A DNA stretch of 64,000 nucleotides. Origin: Schmidtea nova. Its lineage: Eukaryota. Both the position numbers and the translations under genes were made by a program. Positions 11,822 to 24,762 of the stretch are shown one piece after another. The stretch spans positions 17,918,001 through 17,982,000 of the forward strand of contig CM097883.1 of the NCBI GenBank assembly GCA_044892505.1. Reading direction: 5' to 3'. The number at the start of each line of letters is the position of its first letter. Positions within the stretch are counted from its first letter, which is position 1. Below the pieces are notes generated by a model, which saw only the letters and a program-made list of their open reading frames with translations, was not told where the DNA came from and searched no databases.

Positions 11822-13018
11822 AGTTTGTTAAACTTAAATATCACCAATGACCCAATAACTCAAATATAACGTATTCATTGATAGCTTTCGTTCTATTCCC
11901 TGTGGCGTTGTTGTTGCCAGTGTTTTAGTACTTTCTTCTTCAAATGACTGGAAACTGCTATAAATCGTCGATAATTTGCTTGTATCCATTATCTGAAGAA
12001 AATTCTCGAAATGTGAACCTGAAATCTTTTTTAATTGAAACTTTTCTACTTTTTTGTGAAATATTAAACGTTTTCGCAATGATTTACAAAAGAATTTCAC
12101 TCTCATTTGATTTGAAACAATAAATTATTAGAGTAGAAGCAAACCAAAACGACAAGTTTGTTATAAACAAGACATTAGCAAATTCTTATCGAACATCGAA
12201 TTCATAGAAAAGATGTAAACTAAATTTCAAAATTCGAATGTCTCATACGTTTCTATGTTTGTCACTAGCCACTCGATTGAGTATGTCAGTTAAATCAAAG
12301 TCAAATATTGAAAATTTAAAGATGATGACATGTCACCACCATTACTGAAGATGTATAGAATTTGAGGAGCAATAAAAAGCGTCACTTTATACAAAACCAT
12401 AAGCACATCATTAATAATCAACGAAATTATCGAAGCATTGAATAGAAAGTGTTAAGATCGTTATGAACGATGTTTAAATAAATTGGGGATATCTCAACCT
12501 TAACACAGGTCTGACTCCGAATAAAAGATAAAAGATAAATATGAATATAAATAAAACAAATAAGGAAGTGTTTGTTTATAAGTATATTTTCTACAAATGT
12601 ATATGTATATATTTTAACAGACCTTACAATAAATGGTATTAAATACTGTTAAAAGATAAAAGAGACCGGTGGTGCTATAAGCTCACACCACATTAACTTA
12701 TACAGAAGGGTAAGTAAGCTTTTTAATTTGGCGCGACCCTGATAAGCAAAACTAGTCAAACTGCTGGCTTACGATTGATTTTACTTACAATGGATTTAAA
12801 ACTTAATTAAACCCTACCGATTCACTACACTGGTGAAATCGTGTCTTAAAGGCTTTGAAAGCAAAAAAATCAGAACAATAAAATTTCTCTCAAATATTTC
12901 GTTTTCTTTTCTAAACTTCAACAATAAATGAAGTTAGATTTAACACAACTATTCTCTCGTTATTTCAAATTAATTCTAACTTTAACTCTGTTTTCTTTTC
13001 TTCAATTTAATACCAATC

Positions 13019-13021
<3 letters not shown>

Positions 13022-13104
<83 letters not shown>
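13022..13104. repeat. (AT)n microsatellite
   Basis: Pure AT dinucleotide run. Similar runs lie at about 30423-30492, 37865-37917 and 58296-58352. Confidence 0.95.
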
Positions 13105-13107
<3 letters not shown>

Positions 13108-13782
13108 ATAGAGAGAGAGATTCGGATTGTTTATTCTAAGGCTCCAATTTCTTCGTCTGACTAGTCTTGCCTGACCTTATTTATACTATCTGTTTTCATT
13201 GCTAATTTCAATTTAGTATTTTTTAATTGCTATATTAATCATTATCATTATATACTTTTATTTTTGGTATAATTAAAATACTATTAATATTATATTTTTA
13301 TTTTTGGTAATTTAAATATTTTATTTCTATTTTTAGTATTTCTAACATTCTATTTATAATATTATTCTCCTATTTTAAAATTTTGATTTAGCTAACATAA
13401 TTATGACATAATGTCCATCCCTATCAAAAGTGTTATATAAAACTGAGAACACCAGAAAAACGAATAAATCATAAAATTCATCTAGATTACAATCCAATCT
13501 GAGGAAATTAGAAAATTCATTTGTCCTTTCGGATAGAATGGGAAAATTCTTAATTCGGTTTTTGGATTTTCAGGATTTAAAACTTTTTGAGAAACTTCTG
13601 ACACAATTTTAATTTTGTTTAATAGCATTAAATTGTTAACAATTAAAACATTACAGGTTTATTCATGAATATATATATATATGTTATTCATGATTATATA
13701 TATTCTATTCAATATTATATATATATAGTATTCATTAATATTTATACTTGAATTTATTTACCACATATAATAAAACCACACA

Positions 13783-14661
13783 ATGGAAAACGACGACAAC
13801 GAGACCAGGAGACGCAAACCGCGAACGACAATCACTGTAAAAAATCTCGAAACAATTTATGCGGCGATGCGTAATGATGGCGATTCATTTGTAAAAATTG
13901 CCAGAAATCTAAATCTATCTACCATAACTGTTCAGAAACGATTTGTGGAGATTGATAGATGTAAGTTTAAAAACATTAATTTATCGACTTTGGTCAAGAA
14001 GAAGGGCAGAGCCGTTGTAAACGATGGCAACATATTATTGCAGTTGCAGAGAATTATCCAAGACGACCCACTTTTAACGCAAAGAGAAATGGGGAAAAAA
14101 TTGGAAGCAAATAATATTCTGACATGACAACCAACGATCTCGCGGAAATTGAAAGATGTAGAGATAACAAGGAAAAGGGTAAAGAGAGGATACGAAAAAG
14201 TGACGGATTTGTGAATAATTATTGAACGAAAGGCCTTTTCGATAAAATTTATATTAAAATATAAATTAATAGACGGAGCTTATAATGCGTGTAGTTTTCA
14301 AGATTTCATGAATGAGGCAGTGGAAGTAGGTATTGATTTTAGAAATCGAATTGTCTTGATGGACAATGTAAGATTTCACAAAACTGCTTTGATGAGAGAG
14401 TTTTTTAACTTAAAAAACATTGCTTTTGATTTTATTCCCCCATATTCCTTTGCATTAAATCCAATTGAAGAATGCTTCAGTGTTTTCAAGGCAAGATATT
14501 TCAATAAAAGACCGCTACCACAGAATAATTGGAATATTAAACAGTTGGTTGCGGAAGGTTTTGGTGAAATGAATGAAGATATTGGTCTTGATATGAATGC
14601 ATTCTACGTACATATGAGGGAGTTCATGGAGTTGGCCTACACGGTTGCCTTTTTTGAATAA
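13783..14661 (+). pseudogene. IS630/Tc1-type DD34E transposase relic
   Basis: HTH-like N-terminus, LTQREM...PTISRKLK...ITRKRVK, then LMDNVRFHK...FIPPYSFALNPIEECFS with D-34-E spacing. Has internal stops and apparently lacks the first catalytic D region. TIRs not identified. Confidence 0.8.
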
Positions 14662-16278
14662 AATTTTGGAGTGTTAAAACTTTTAAAAAATGTGGCATCG
14701 GTATATTCCAAGTTTTAAATGTTTATTCGTGTTTCTTATTGGTTTCTTATGCATATTTTTTAATTTTTTAATAGATGGATTAGACTATGTATTTTTAGTA
14801 TATATATATATATTTATGAATAAACCTGTAAAATATAATTTTATAATCGATTTTTTAATAACTTATTTAATTTGTGGTATACATTACGTATTTCCGCGAC
14901 TTTATTATTTAACTTATTTAAACAACAGAACTATAAAAATTAACAACTACAAGAGTTGATTACAACTCCTCCGACATTATTACCGGGTTTTACAGTTCTT
15001 TGACTATATCACAATAGCTTCACTTTTCATTTCATGTTTAATGGCATAAATATCACGCAAATTATTACTTTTATTATTTACTACTTTTGTCTCTAACTCG
15101 GTTAATTTTCTTATAAATAAATGAAATTGTTGTTTGGTTAATTATTATGATGCTGTGTTCCGAATCTACTCGGACTTCATCTGTTTATTTTCGATTGATT
15201 TAGCACTCCTCAAGGTTGAGCTACTCATAAAGTCACTCGGGACTATCTAATCGTTATCAAATTCGGATGTCTGTTTTCCAGTTCTTTTATTATGAGGATG
15301 GTCACCTTGTCAATTCTCATGTATCGACTCCAGCGATTTACTATCACTCGATTTTCTAACGATATATAACAATAAGGTCAGCATTGAATCACGATCCTAC
15401 AACTCGTTCGTTCATCTTACCAAAGTTCGAGTACGATGTATTTATTTGAGAAAACATGATTTTTACGATTTCAAAATGTGTTAAAAAATTGATAATTAGA
15501 ATGATGGAAATTTGGATGATGTAGAAGAAGCCTGGGTGAACAGCGCTTAAGGCAATTAACATGAACAAATCAATTATGAGGGAAGATGAAAAAACCCAAG
15601 CGGTAAATGGGGCTATAACCAAAATTGTTGATTAATTAATCAAGAGGCCCCAGATGGTGATACGAATTCAAATATAATAATATAAAATCAATAAGGTGTC
15701 CCCAGAAATAAATATTAAGAAAAAAATTGATTACCTAATGGAAAACCGAGAAAACCCGGCGAAAGAAAAGCCGAAATCTATGGGGAACCCGAGCTGAATG
15801 AAAAAATAATTCAATCAAATTATTCAAGAACATATGATGAAGGAGCAACCTAAATTTTGATAAATTAATTTGTTTCAGGGAATCCAGCAAACCACAATGG
15901 ATGATTGAGAGGTTGGCCGATAATTGAAATTAAGGGATAAGTATAAAACAAGTGTTGAACGAGCAACTTAGCAATTTGGTTGAAGATAATTTATTTGAGT
16001 TATTCAAAAGGTTAACTACATGTTTCCACTCAAAACCAATTATCGCGTACAAAAAATGGGGATCTCCGTTGCAAGACCTACCCATATTGCTAAAAAGTGT
16101 TATCAACATTGTAATTGTGTAGTAAAACTAAAAAAAAGTTATTATGTTGGGTGACTTATATTGAGTTTAAAAAAGTAGCACGACGAGTCAGAAATTGATA
16201 CCGACTTAATAATAACCCCAACAGTATTTTTAACTGATTCCTTTACAATATCTCCTATAGTCATTTCATCTACCAAAC

Positions 16279-17136
16279 GTACAGAAGTGGACATTGGTCG
16301 TTGCGCTGCTTTATAAAACGAAAAGTTGAAAAGATTTGTTACATCTCTAGATGCTACCTTGAATACAAATGAGAAATATTAACTGATAGCAAACTAAATT
16401 CTGTAAATCAGTGCTTCTCAAACTTCTTAATGTGGCGGTTCGGCTGAACTTTTTACATGGCGCTAGGGACGGGTGCACCATTTTCTCTGTACTGATGTGG
16501 TGGTCGAACGAGCGCCGAAGGTGCTAGTGTGTAGCAAGCCTTTTTGGACAAGTGGGATGAGTCCAGGTTGTCAACAATTTGTGGTGTATTGGGCATAAGA
16601 TTTGTCTCATTTTTTGCTATTTGTACTAGCACAATTTTCGAAAAAGCCGAAGCCCTTAATTGTTTTTTGTTCATTTACGATCGTCTTCAAGTCGCAGTAA
16701 AATGTTTTAATGATAACAGTAATAATCGTCTTGATTTCACCTATTTTAAAATAGATATTGTTACAATAAATATATTTTTTCTTTTCTTGGTGCCTTTTGC
16801 GGACCAGCAGCTGATGGTCCAGGACCGACACCGGTCAGCGGACCGCAACTCCGAGAAGCGCTAGAGTAAATGATTACAATTGTCAACCGTGAGAATATAA
16901 CACTATAATTCCTATAATTATGAAAATTCCCTTAGGAATATGAAACCAAGCCACCAAAATGTTAAAGAACATGGAAGACGATATTCAATTGAAATGAAAT
17001 ACTTTCAGCATTGAAAAATAGAAAATTAGCAAAATATTTTTCTATGATAAAATGTCAAACGATGTCAAATGTTAAGATCAGAGATGCCGGTGATATTGCC
17101 ATAAATGCTGACTCCAAATGAAGCTGTAAATGTTGA
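16279..17136 (+). repeat. About 860-bp dispersed repeat, copy 1
   Basis: Near-identical to 23902-24762. Contains TTTTACA|TGGCGCTAGGGACGGG (LTR-end/PBS-like) at 16451-16473. Confidence 0.9.
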
Positions 17137-18642
17137 GAAAATATGTACCTTTAAACGGACAAAATTCAGTAAGAGAATTCTGAGATCAAATTGCTTGTCA
17201 AAAAGAGTAACAAAATACCATAACAAAATGCAGTGACAATATACTGTAACAAGATTTTGTAACAAAATAAATAGAACGTTATAACTAAAATTACAGAAAG
17301 TAAATTCTTGCGACTATAAATTGAGAAATAAATAAAAAAATCGACATGTTTACCATTTATCCACTGTTTCGATCGTAATAATATGAGTAGGTGGCAAATA
17401 AAAAGTTCAAGACGAATATAATAATTTTAAACCAAAAAGGAGCTCTCGGACAATGCAATGGCAAAATTACGAACTAATTAATTAAATAAAATTTTGTTGA
17501 CGACCTAAATCATTTCTGTTGAAAAACAAAATCGCTGAGTTTGACAGGCAAAACAGCTGAAATTAATGGTAGTTAACTTAAACATAATCATTGAGAGTTT
17601 GGAAATCGCCAATTTGATTTTCGAAAATAAGGGATGATTAATCACTTCTATCAAGTATAAAAAGGAAAGTCGATTTAATAAAATTAACCAAATTTATCAA
17701 CGAAAAATAATGAATTTAGTGTTGCAGAAAATTAATTTGATAGTATATACAGTTAATAAACTTGATCATTGTATAAATATTTGTGAATAATGATATTATA
17801 TTGAAGTTTTGTCAAATTTTTGAGAATTTTCATTTTTTTGTGGAAATAAACTTTTATTTGTTTTTCAAATAATTGCACAAAATCAGATTCAAAATTAAAT
17901 CGGGCTAAAATTATTTATAAATTAAATATTTTTACAAAGGTAGATGCCCCATTTAAGGTCCTCCTTACAAAAATTGCTAAGAATCACAGGTTTATCTGGA
18001 GAAAGAGTTGATTTTTTAAAAGATAAGCAAAGTACGACACTCAGCGACGCATTTGACCTCTAGATCCTTTCGAAAAAGAATGGATCACTAAGATTAAGTG
18101 GTGGCTACCTCAGAATTTATAATCAAGTAGTTACTGTATGAACATTGGCAATAATATCAAAAGACCAAAAATGTTATTTCTCTACGTTAACCATTAAATA
18201 AATAGAGGATATGTGACAAATTTATTTATTTCTGTCAATTATCAAATAAATTAAAAAAGTAAATTATTTAATATAAAGATATATTTGATAATATAAATTA
18301 AACTAAATGCATGATTTATAGTTTATTTTCTCATCATTTTCACAAGACTATAGATCAATAAATTCAAATTATTTACAAATTCATTAAAAATGAAAATAAT
18401 AAATCAATAAAAGATTTAATAGTAAATTATAAATTAAATAGCAAAATTATAATAAAAAAATTAGTACAAAAATAAAATTACCAAAAAATCTATTACAAAA
18501 AATCGTCACTAAATATATTATAAGAATTTCAATAATAAATTTCCATAATTTATTTTTTTCGCATTGTCGTGTGAATTTTTAAAACGAAAGCCAATTTTAA
18601 AAATTTGTTTAAATTTAAAAAAACGTTTTTATTAAACTCACG

Positions 18643-20748
18643 ATGGATCAAGAGTGGCCAGATCTAACATTAGCGAATCAAGCTAAAGTGACGAAAAAAA
18701 ATTCGAAACTAACTGTCGAAAAGAAAATCAAAATCTTAAATGGGAATAATGACAAGAAAACAGAAACTAATTCCGAAAAGTCCCAATGCAAACCCGTAAA
18801 CCTGAGAACTGCTATCCGAGAGTTCAACGAGAACTTCGCCTATCAATACGATTTTGATTTGAGCCGGGAAAATAGACTTAAAGCTCACTGTTCCGTGTCG
18901 AAAGAATGCGCCAGTACAGGAGAATCAGTTGAAGAATCCTTCAAAAGTATGATGTTCTTGGAAAGTATCATTTACGTTCGAATGAATTTGCTATACTTCT
19001 ATTTCCACGAAGCGAATTTACGAAAAGATTCCTTTATGATAAAAAATATGGACAGCAACGGCTGGATTCCATTGAACGTTGTGATGGATTTCCCTCGGAT
19101 GAAGAGAACTAAGCCGACGTTGACAGACATATTCGATATCTGCCAAAAGCTAGTATTACCCCCATTTACCATTCAGTATGGCTCCGTTGAAAATTCCTAT
19201 TTGGAAATCAATGAAACGAACACCATGATCAGAAGAAATGACATGGAAGACTTCGAAACAACATTTCGAGGCTTTGAAATAGCAAAAGCAATCGATTTGA
19301 AAATGAGACTGGACCTGCCATTCCCGAATTACACATTCTCTTATTTCGAGACGGAATTGGAACCTTTGATAGGGAAATATATACCGGACGCTATTCCTCA
19401 AATAAAGGTCGAAGGAAATGATGACAATCTAACATTCGAATTTGGAGCGAACGAAGAAACTGCGACTCAATCGAAGAAGATTTACCGAAAGAGACGTGTA
19501 ACAATGGAATCGCAAAGCGACCTAGACGAAAGCAATGTATATCTAATAACATTGAACGGCAAAACAGCAGAATGGCACGAAATCAGTGACAACGACTCCT
19601 TCATTGAACAAACCTATCCGGATTCAGAACAGAGGAATGCACTGAGACAAAATTTACAAGAAACATTCAACACCAGAAGCCGATATCAATCTTTTTCCAG
19701 CTGTTCAACATATGACAGCAACGACGAATCCGACTCATACTTGCCGGACTCACAGCTCACCATCGAGGAAAAGATGTCTTTGATCAATATGAACAACAAT
19801 CCTTCGGTGCTCATTCACAAAATGAAACCTTTATCTCAAGAAAACCTAGACTACGACTTTCTGAATGAAGGCTCCGTTAGTTCCTACCAAAACCCGATTG
19901 ATTTGTTCAACTCGAACTTTATGAGCATTCCGGACAATAAAACAGACGAATTAGATAAATTATTGGAGAACATTATCTTTGAATACAAAAAAAGCTATGT
20001 GCCCCAAGACCTGCCAAAGATCATAAGGAAGCCGAAAATTCGACCAAGTGTTACGAAAACAAGAAATCATTTGAACTTTTACGACTCTGAAAACGATGAC
20101 ATTCGATCAGTTGATGATCCGATGATGGGATATTATTTGAATAAAAACAGAAGGAAGCGAAACTCATCATCCAGTAGTTACAGTCAATACCCTGACTCTG
20201 GCAAATTGTTATCCAAGGGATTGGAAATTCCACATCAAAACCATCCCGGAGAGAAGCTTCTGTCTGACGAGTTTAAGCTGAACCTTTACCTTGAATTCCG
20301 AGAAGCAGCTTTGAAAGATAGAAAATTGACCGGATGTGGTCGATCAGCGGATATGAATGCTCTTTTTAGATTCTGGTCGTTTTTCTTGAGGGAAAACAGT
20401 CAGAAAAAAATGTATAAAGAATTCCAGGAATTGGCTTGGGAAGACGCTGAACACGGATATCGCTATGGGGTCGAATGTGTTTTTCGCATGTTTAGCTATA
20501 AACTTGAGAACAAAGATAGATTTAATTTGGAAGAATATAAAGACTTCCAAAACAACGTGTTGAGAGATTTAAAAATGAACAGTTTGTATGGTTTGGAAAA
20601 ATTCTGGGCGTTGAGACAATATGGTAATCTGACCCTTGAAGCCTTGCCAGAAATCGAGGAGAAACTCAATGAGTATAAAACCAAAGAAGATTTTCGAAAG
20701 AATTTCATTCCTCCGCAGGGATTTTACGGCTATAAACTTCTATTTTAA
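18643..20748 (+). CDS. LARP1: La-related protein 1 (La motif plus DM15 domain), intronless, 701 aa
   Basis: La motif YFYFHEANLRKDSFMIKNMDSNGWIPLNVVMDFPRMK. DM15 repeats MNALFRFWSFFLRE...MYKEFQELAWEDAEHGYRYGVECVFRMFSY...LYGLEKFWA. Confidence 0.93.
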   Translation: MDQEWPDLTLANQAKVTKKNSKLTVEKKIKILNGNNDKKTETNSEKSQCKPVNLRTAIREFNENFAYQYDFDLSRENRLKAHCSVSKECASTGESVEESFKSMMFLESIIYVRMNLLYFYFHEANLRKDSFMIKNMDSNGWIPLNVVMDFPRMKRTKPTLTDIFDICQKLVLPPFTIQYGSVENSYLEINETNTMIRRNDMEDFETTFRGFEIAKAIDLKMRLDLPFPNYTFSYFETELEPLIGKYIPDAIPQIKVEGNDDNLTFEFGANEETATQSKKIYRKRRVTMESQSDLDESNVYLITLNGKTAEWHEISDNDSFIEQTYPDSEQRNALRQNLQETFNTRSRYQSFSSCSTYDSNDESDSYLPDSQLTIEEKMSLINMNNNPSVLIHKMKPLSQENLDYDFLNEGSVSSYQNPIDLFNSNFMSIPDNKTDELDKLLENIIFEYKKSYVPQDLPKIIRKPKIRPSVTKTRNHLNFYDSENDDIRSVDDPMMGYYLNKNRRKRNSSSSSYSQYPDSGKLLSKGLEIPHQNHPGEKLLSDEFKLNLYLEFREAALKDRKLTGCGRSADMNALFRFWSFFLRENSQKKMYKEFQELAWEDAEHGYRYGVECVFRMFSYKLENKDRFNLEEYKDFQNNVLRDLKMNSLYGLEKFWALRQYGNLTLEALPEIEEKLNEYKTKEDFRKNFIPPQGFYGYKLLF

Positions 20749-23700
20749 TCTGTTGTATAATAACAATATTATTATCTAGTTGTTGTTTTTGGATAAACTT
20801 GCTTGATAAAGCGCGTTATCGCTGTGAGATATCGCAATGTTTGTGCAATTTATGATTATTCGGCTTGGATAACATCTTTGCACGTGCTGTTTATTAGCGC
20901 ATATCAAAACAAAATATTGTTATTTGTCTATGCTAAATCCATTGTGGAAATCTGACATCACAAAAACCGTCTTTTTTTTTAAACTTTTTTTAAAAAATCA
21001 ATCTGTATGATAAAAAAATAAATGTAACAATTAATTTACATCCGAATTTGGTTCATGCTTTTTCGTATTATGCATTTATTTATTTATTTTCTTAGCTTAT
21101 CAATTTTTGACAAACAATGTAAAGAAGACCAAGATTCATTTTATGTTAACTTTTGTTTTTTACATAACAACTGTCAAAACAAGTACATATTTATTAATAA
21201 GTAATTTCCCTTACAGATCAAACAAAATTTTTTAAACAAGTACACAGCATTAAGGCACAGCCGTTATCGAGTGTGTATTTTTTGATAAAGGCTGTGTCGG
21301 AATATTGTTTACTTCTTTAAAAAAAATTTTGATCGAATTTTCGGCTTCCTTATGGTCTTTGGCAGTTGTTGGGGCACATGGATTTTTTGTAATTACTGAT
21401 ATTAATAAAATAAGATAAAAGGTGAGACAAAAAATTAATTAAGAAAGTAAATATTTGAAGATAAATGTTACAAAAACTACAGATGCAAAGGAATTGTTTT
21501 TATGGAAGCCTTATAAACACATAAATGCCTTAAAAATTGTTTATTTCCAAAAGCTGTATGTTCGGAATATATTTCGTTCGAGAATGAGAAATCGTTATAG
21601 TTCCATGATGCCATTGCAAGTCTTTTAGGAGTATATGGAATAATACAAGAGTTGAATTCTATTTATAACAGCAACAGAATCAATGCTCGAAGTTGTATCC
21701 AAAGACACGAGTATCCACAAAGAAGCGAAAGAATTCTCAAAAAAGCCAATCGCGCACACAGACGTGACTGACCTATCTAAAAAACAAATGCACACACACA
21801 CTTTGATAGATAGCAAGCCATCTATCTGAGCTAAGATACTTTTAGCCAAATCACAGTAATTTTAATTACTCTGTTTTTTCATATGTAGAGATATTCTGAT
21901 TGCTGTATCATACTTTGGTCTGATGTCAGCTTTCATCTGTAATCCGAATGTGTACGATCTCGAGATAAAATAATTTATAGCCCGAGGTTCTTTGAATATT
22001 CAATTTTCGGTAAATGCAAAAACCGTTTAAACGCGCAATTTATTATGTACATTTCTACTTTTTCCGACATTTTCTTAAAATCGAGTAATAAGACAGGTAT
22101 AAGTCAGCACGATCAACACCTCGAGAAGGAATACAACCTGTGATTAGGTGTTCTCAGGATATTAAGTGATACTCACAGCTGTGTGGCCATAGCGATTGTA
22201 TTCGTTCTGGAGCAAACGGAAAATATTATTTTATAGGTTCGAGCCAGCTAAATGCCATCATATTACAGATTGCATAAATGCAATGCCTACAGGTTAACTG
22301 TTAATATTATTAATCGGTAAAATGACAAATAATTTATCTTTTAAAAAGCAATGCAAATCAAGTGCCTTTTTATTGAAAAGCCAAACATATAACGATAAAT
22401 CTTCAAAGCATAATTTTGTAATCAAGTCAACCAAACAATAATTGACTTTGAATATCCTACAATATTGTCAAATTGGTAACTTAAATTTCTTTGTCTGAAG
22501 CTCTTTCAACACATAATGGACAAATCGCCGAGCATAACATTATCTGCTATATCCCTTGGTAAGGATTTCGTTCATGGACGTATCAATGAAATATTTAATT
22601 TAACAGCCCCCTTGGGGACCGTAGGTTAAATTAAAGAGGGCGTTGGATGCCGGTCAATTAAATGACTAACTCAGGTGTTCGGGGCAACAAACCTATTATT
22701 TACACGTTTTTTGGACTTTTATTTTTTCGATCGTTAACGCTTCTGTTCTGATTGGTTCAAAATAAATTCATAAGAAAAATGAAGAGCAAAACAAAAGTTT
22801 ATGATAAAGCCAATCATTTTTTCAGCCAGTTTAATTTTATCGAAGTTAAAAATCACTCTAATACTTTAATAAATAAATATGATTCAAGTTATTGTTTTTT
22901 TATTTGTGACTGAATCAAGTAGTGCACAATTGTGAAAATTTTTTAGAATCAAGGGGCAGTGGCTCCAAAATGTTTGGGAATTGATAAGTTAGGCCAATAT
23001 AATCTTCCTCAAAATATATGTTTGTAAAAGGAGAAATTATTAAATATTTAATGCTACAGGTGATGCACCAGCAATGATAATTATAGAGAAATATTTATGA
23101 TTTTAAAGAATGAATTGTGTGGCCCACAGTTAATAATCGTCTCCATCATCAACAAGATAGAGACAAATCCGCTGAGTGTAAAAATGATGAAGAATTTCAT
23201 AAACTACTCTTACATACTGAAGTCAAATAGTTTTCAATATTAATTGATATCTCAAACATTTTCCCTTGGAAAAGGAACACTTTCAGTCAAATATACTTTT
23301 ATTCGTAATGATATAGAAGAACGGAATTACACAAAAGTTAATTTGACCGATCTCGTTTTGAAATTTATTGATTAAAACTGAAGATTTCAGATAGCGGACA
23401 CAAGTTCCATCACTAATAAATCAATAACCAGATCCTTCGTATCGATCCTATATTTACTTGTCAAGATGTCAAAAGAACTGAACTAAATCGATGTCATGTG
23501 CTAAATAATTTGAAGGAGCTTAATAATGATGGCTGTTTTGTGGACTTATTGATGGACCAAATGAAGGAATGATTTGATATCATTTTGACAAAAATAATTT
23601 TAGAATTTATTTTGAATCCTTTTTCCACCATGGAAGGTTATCCATTGACTACTGAAGAATTGAAGGAAATTTAAAACTATTTTGTGAGATCTGTAAACAT

Positions 23701-23901
23701 GTACTTATTGTATTTTCAACATTTATTTAGTAGGATGTGGTACCAGCGTTGTTTCCCGTGTTTCCAAAAAGTAATGAAACGGACTTGATATTGAAAATCA
23801 AGAGATTACACTGTAGGTAACCGAAACACGAATCCCATATCAACAATTTTCTGTTTCTATCAGCAACCATCATTAACAAAAATAATATTTACAATAACTG
23901 A

Positions 23902-24762
23902 GTACAGAAGTGGACATTGGTCGTTGCGCTGCTTTATACAGCGAAAAGTGGGAAAAGTTTTGTTACATCTCTAGATGCTACCTTGAATACAAATGAGAAA
24001 TATTAACTGATAGCAAACTAAATTCAGTAAATCAGTGCTTCTCAAACTTCTTAATGTGGCGGTTCGGCTGAAAGTTTTATATGGCGCTAGGGACGGGTGC
24101 TCCATTTTCTCTGTACTGATGTGGTGGTCGAACGAGCGCCGAAGGTGCTAGTGTGTAGCAAGCATTTTAGGACAAGTGGGATGAGTCCAGGTTGCCAACA
24201 ATTTGTGGTGTATTGGGCATAAGATTTGTCTCATTTTTTGCTATTTGTACTAGCACATTTTTCGAAAAAGCCGAAGCCCTTAATTGTTTTTTGTTCATTT
24301 ACGATCGTCTTCAAGTCGAAGTAAAATGTTTTAATGATGACAGTAATAATCGTTTTGATTTCACCTATTTTAAAATAGATATTGTTACAATAAATATATA
24401 TTTTTTCTTTTCTTGGTGCCTTTTGCGGACCAGCAGCTGATGGTCCAGGACCGACACCGGTCAGCGGACCGCAACTCCGAGAAGCGCTAGAGTAAATGAT
24501 TACAATTGTCAACCGTGAGAATATAACACTATAATTCCTATAATTATGAAAATTCCCTTAGGAATATGAAACCAAGCCACCGAAATGTTAAAGAACATGG
24601 AAGACGATATTCAATTGAGATGAAATACTTTCAGCATTGAAAAATAGAAAATTAGCAAAATATATTTCTATGATAAAATGTCAAACGATGTCAAACGTTA
24701 AGACCAGAGAGGCCGGTGATATTGCCATAAATGCTGACTCCAGATGAAGCTGTAAATGTTGA
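23902..24762 (+). repeat. About 860-bp dispersed repeat, copy 2
   Basis: Near-identical to 16279-17136. Confidence 0.9.

Noticed and set aside
16810-16832. CTGATG-GTCC-A-GGAC resembling a minimal hammerhead core
   Set aside because: It lacks the conserved A after CTGATG and the GAAA, and the loop would be only 1 nt.
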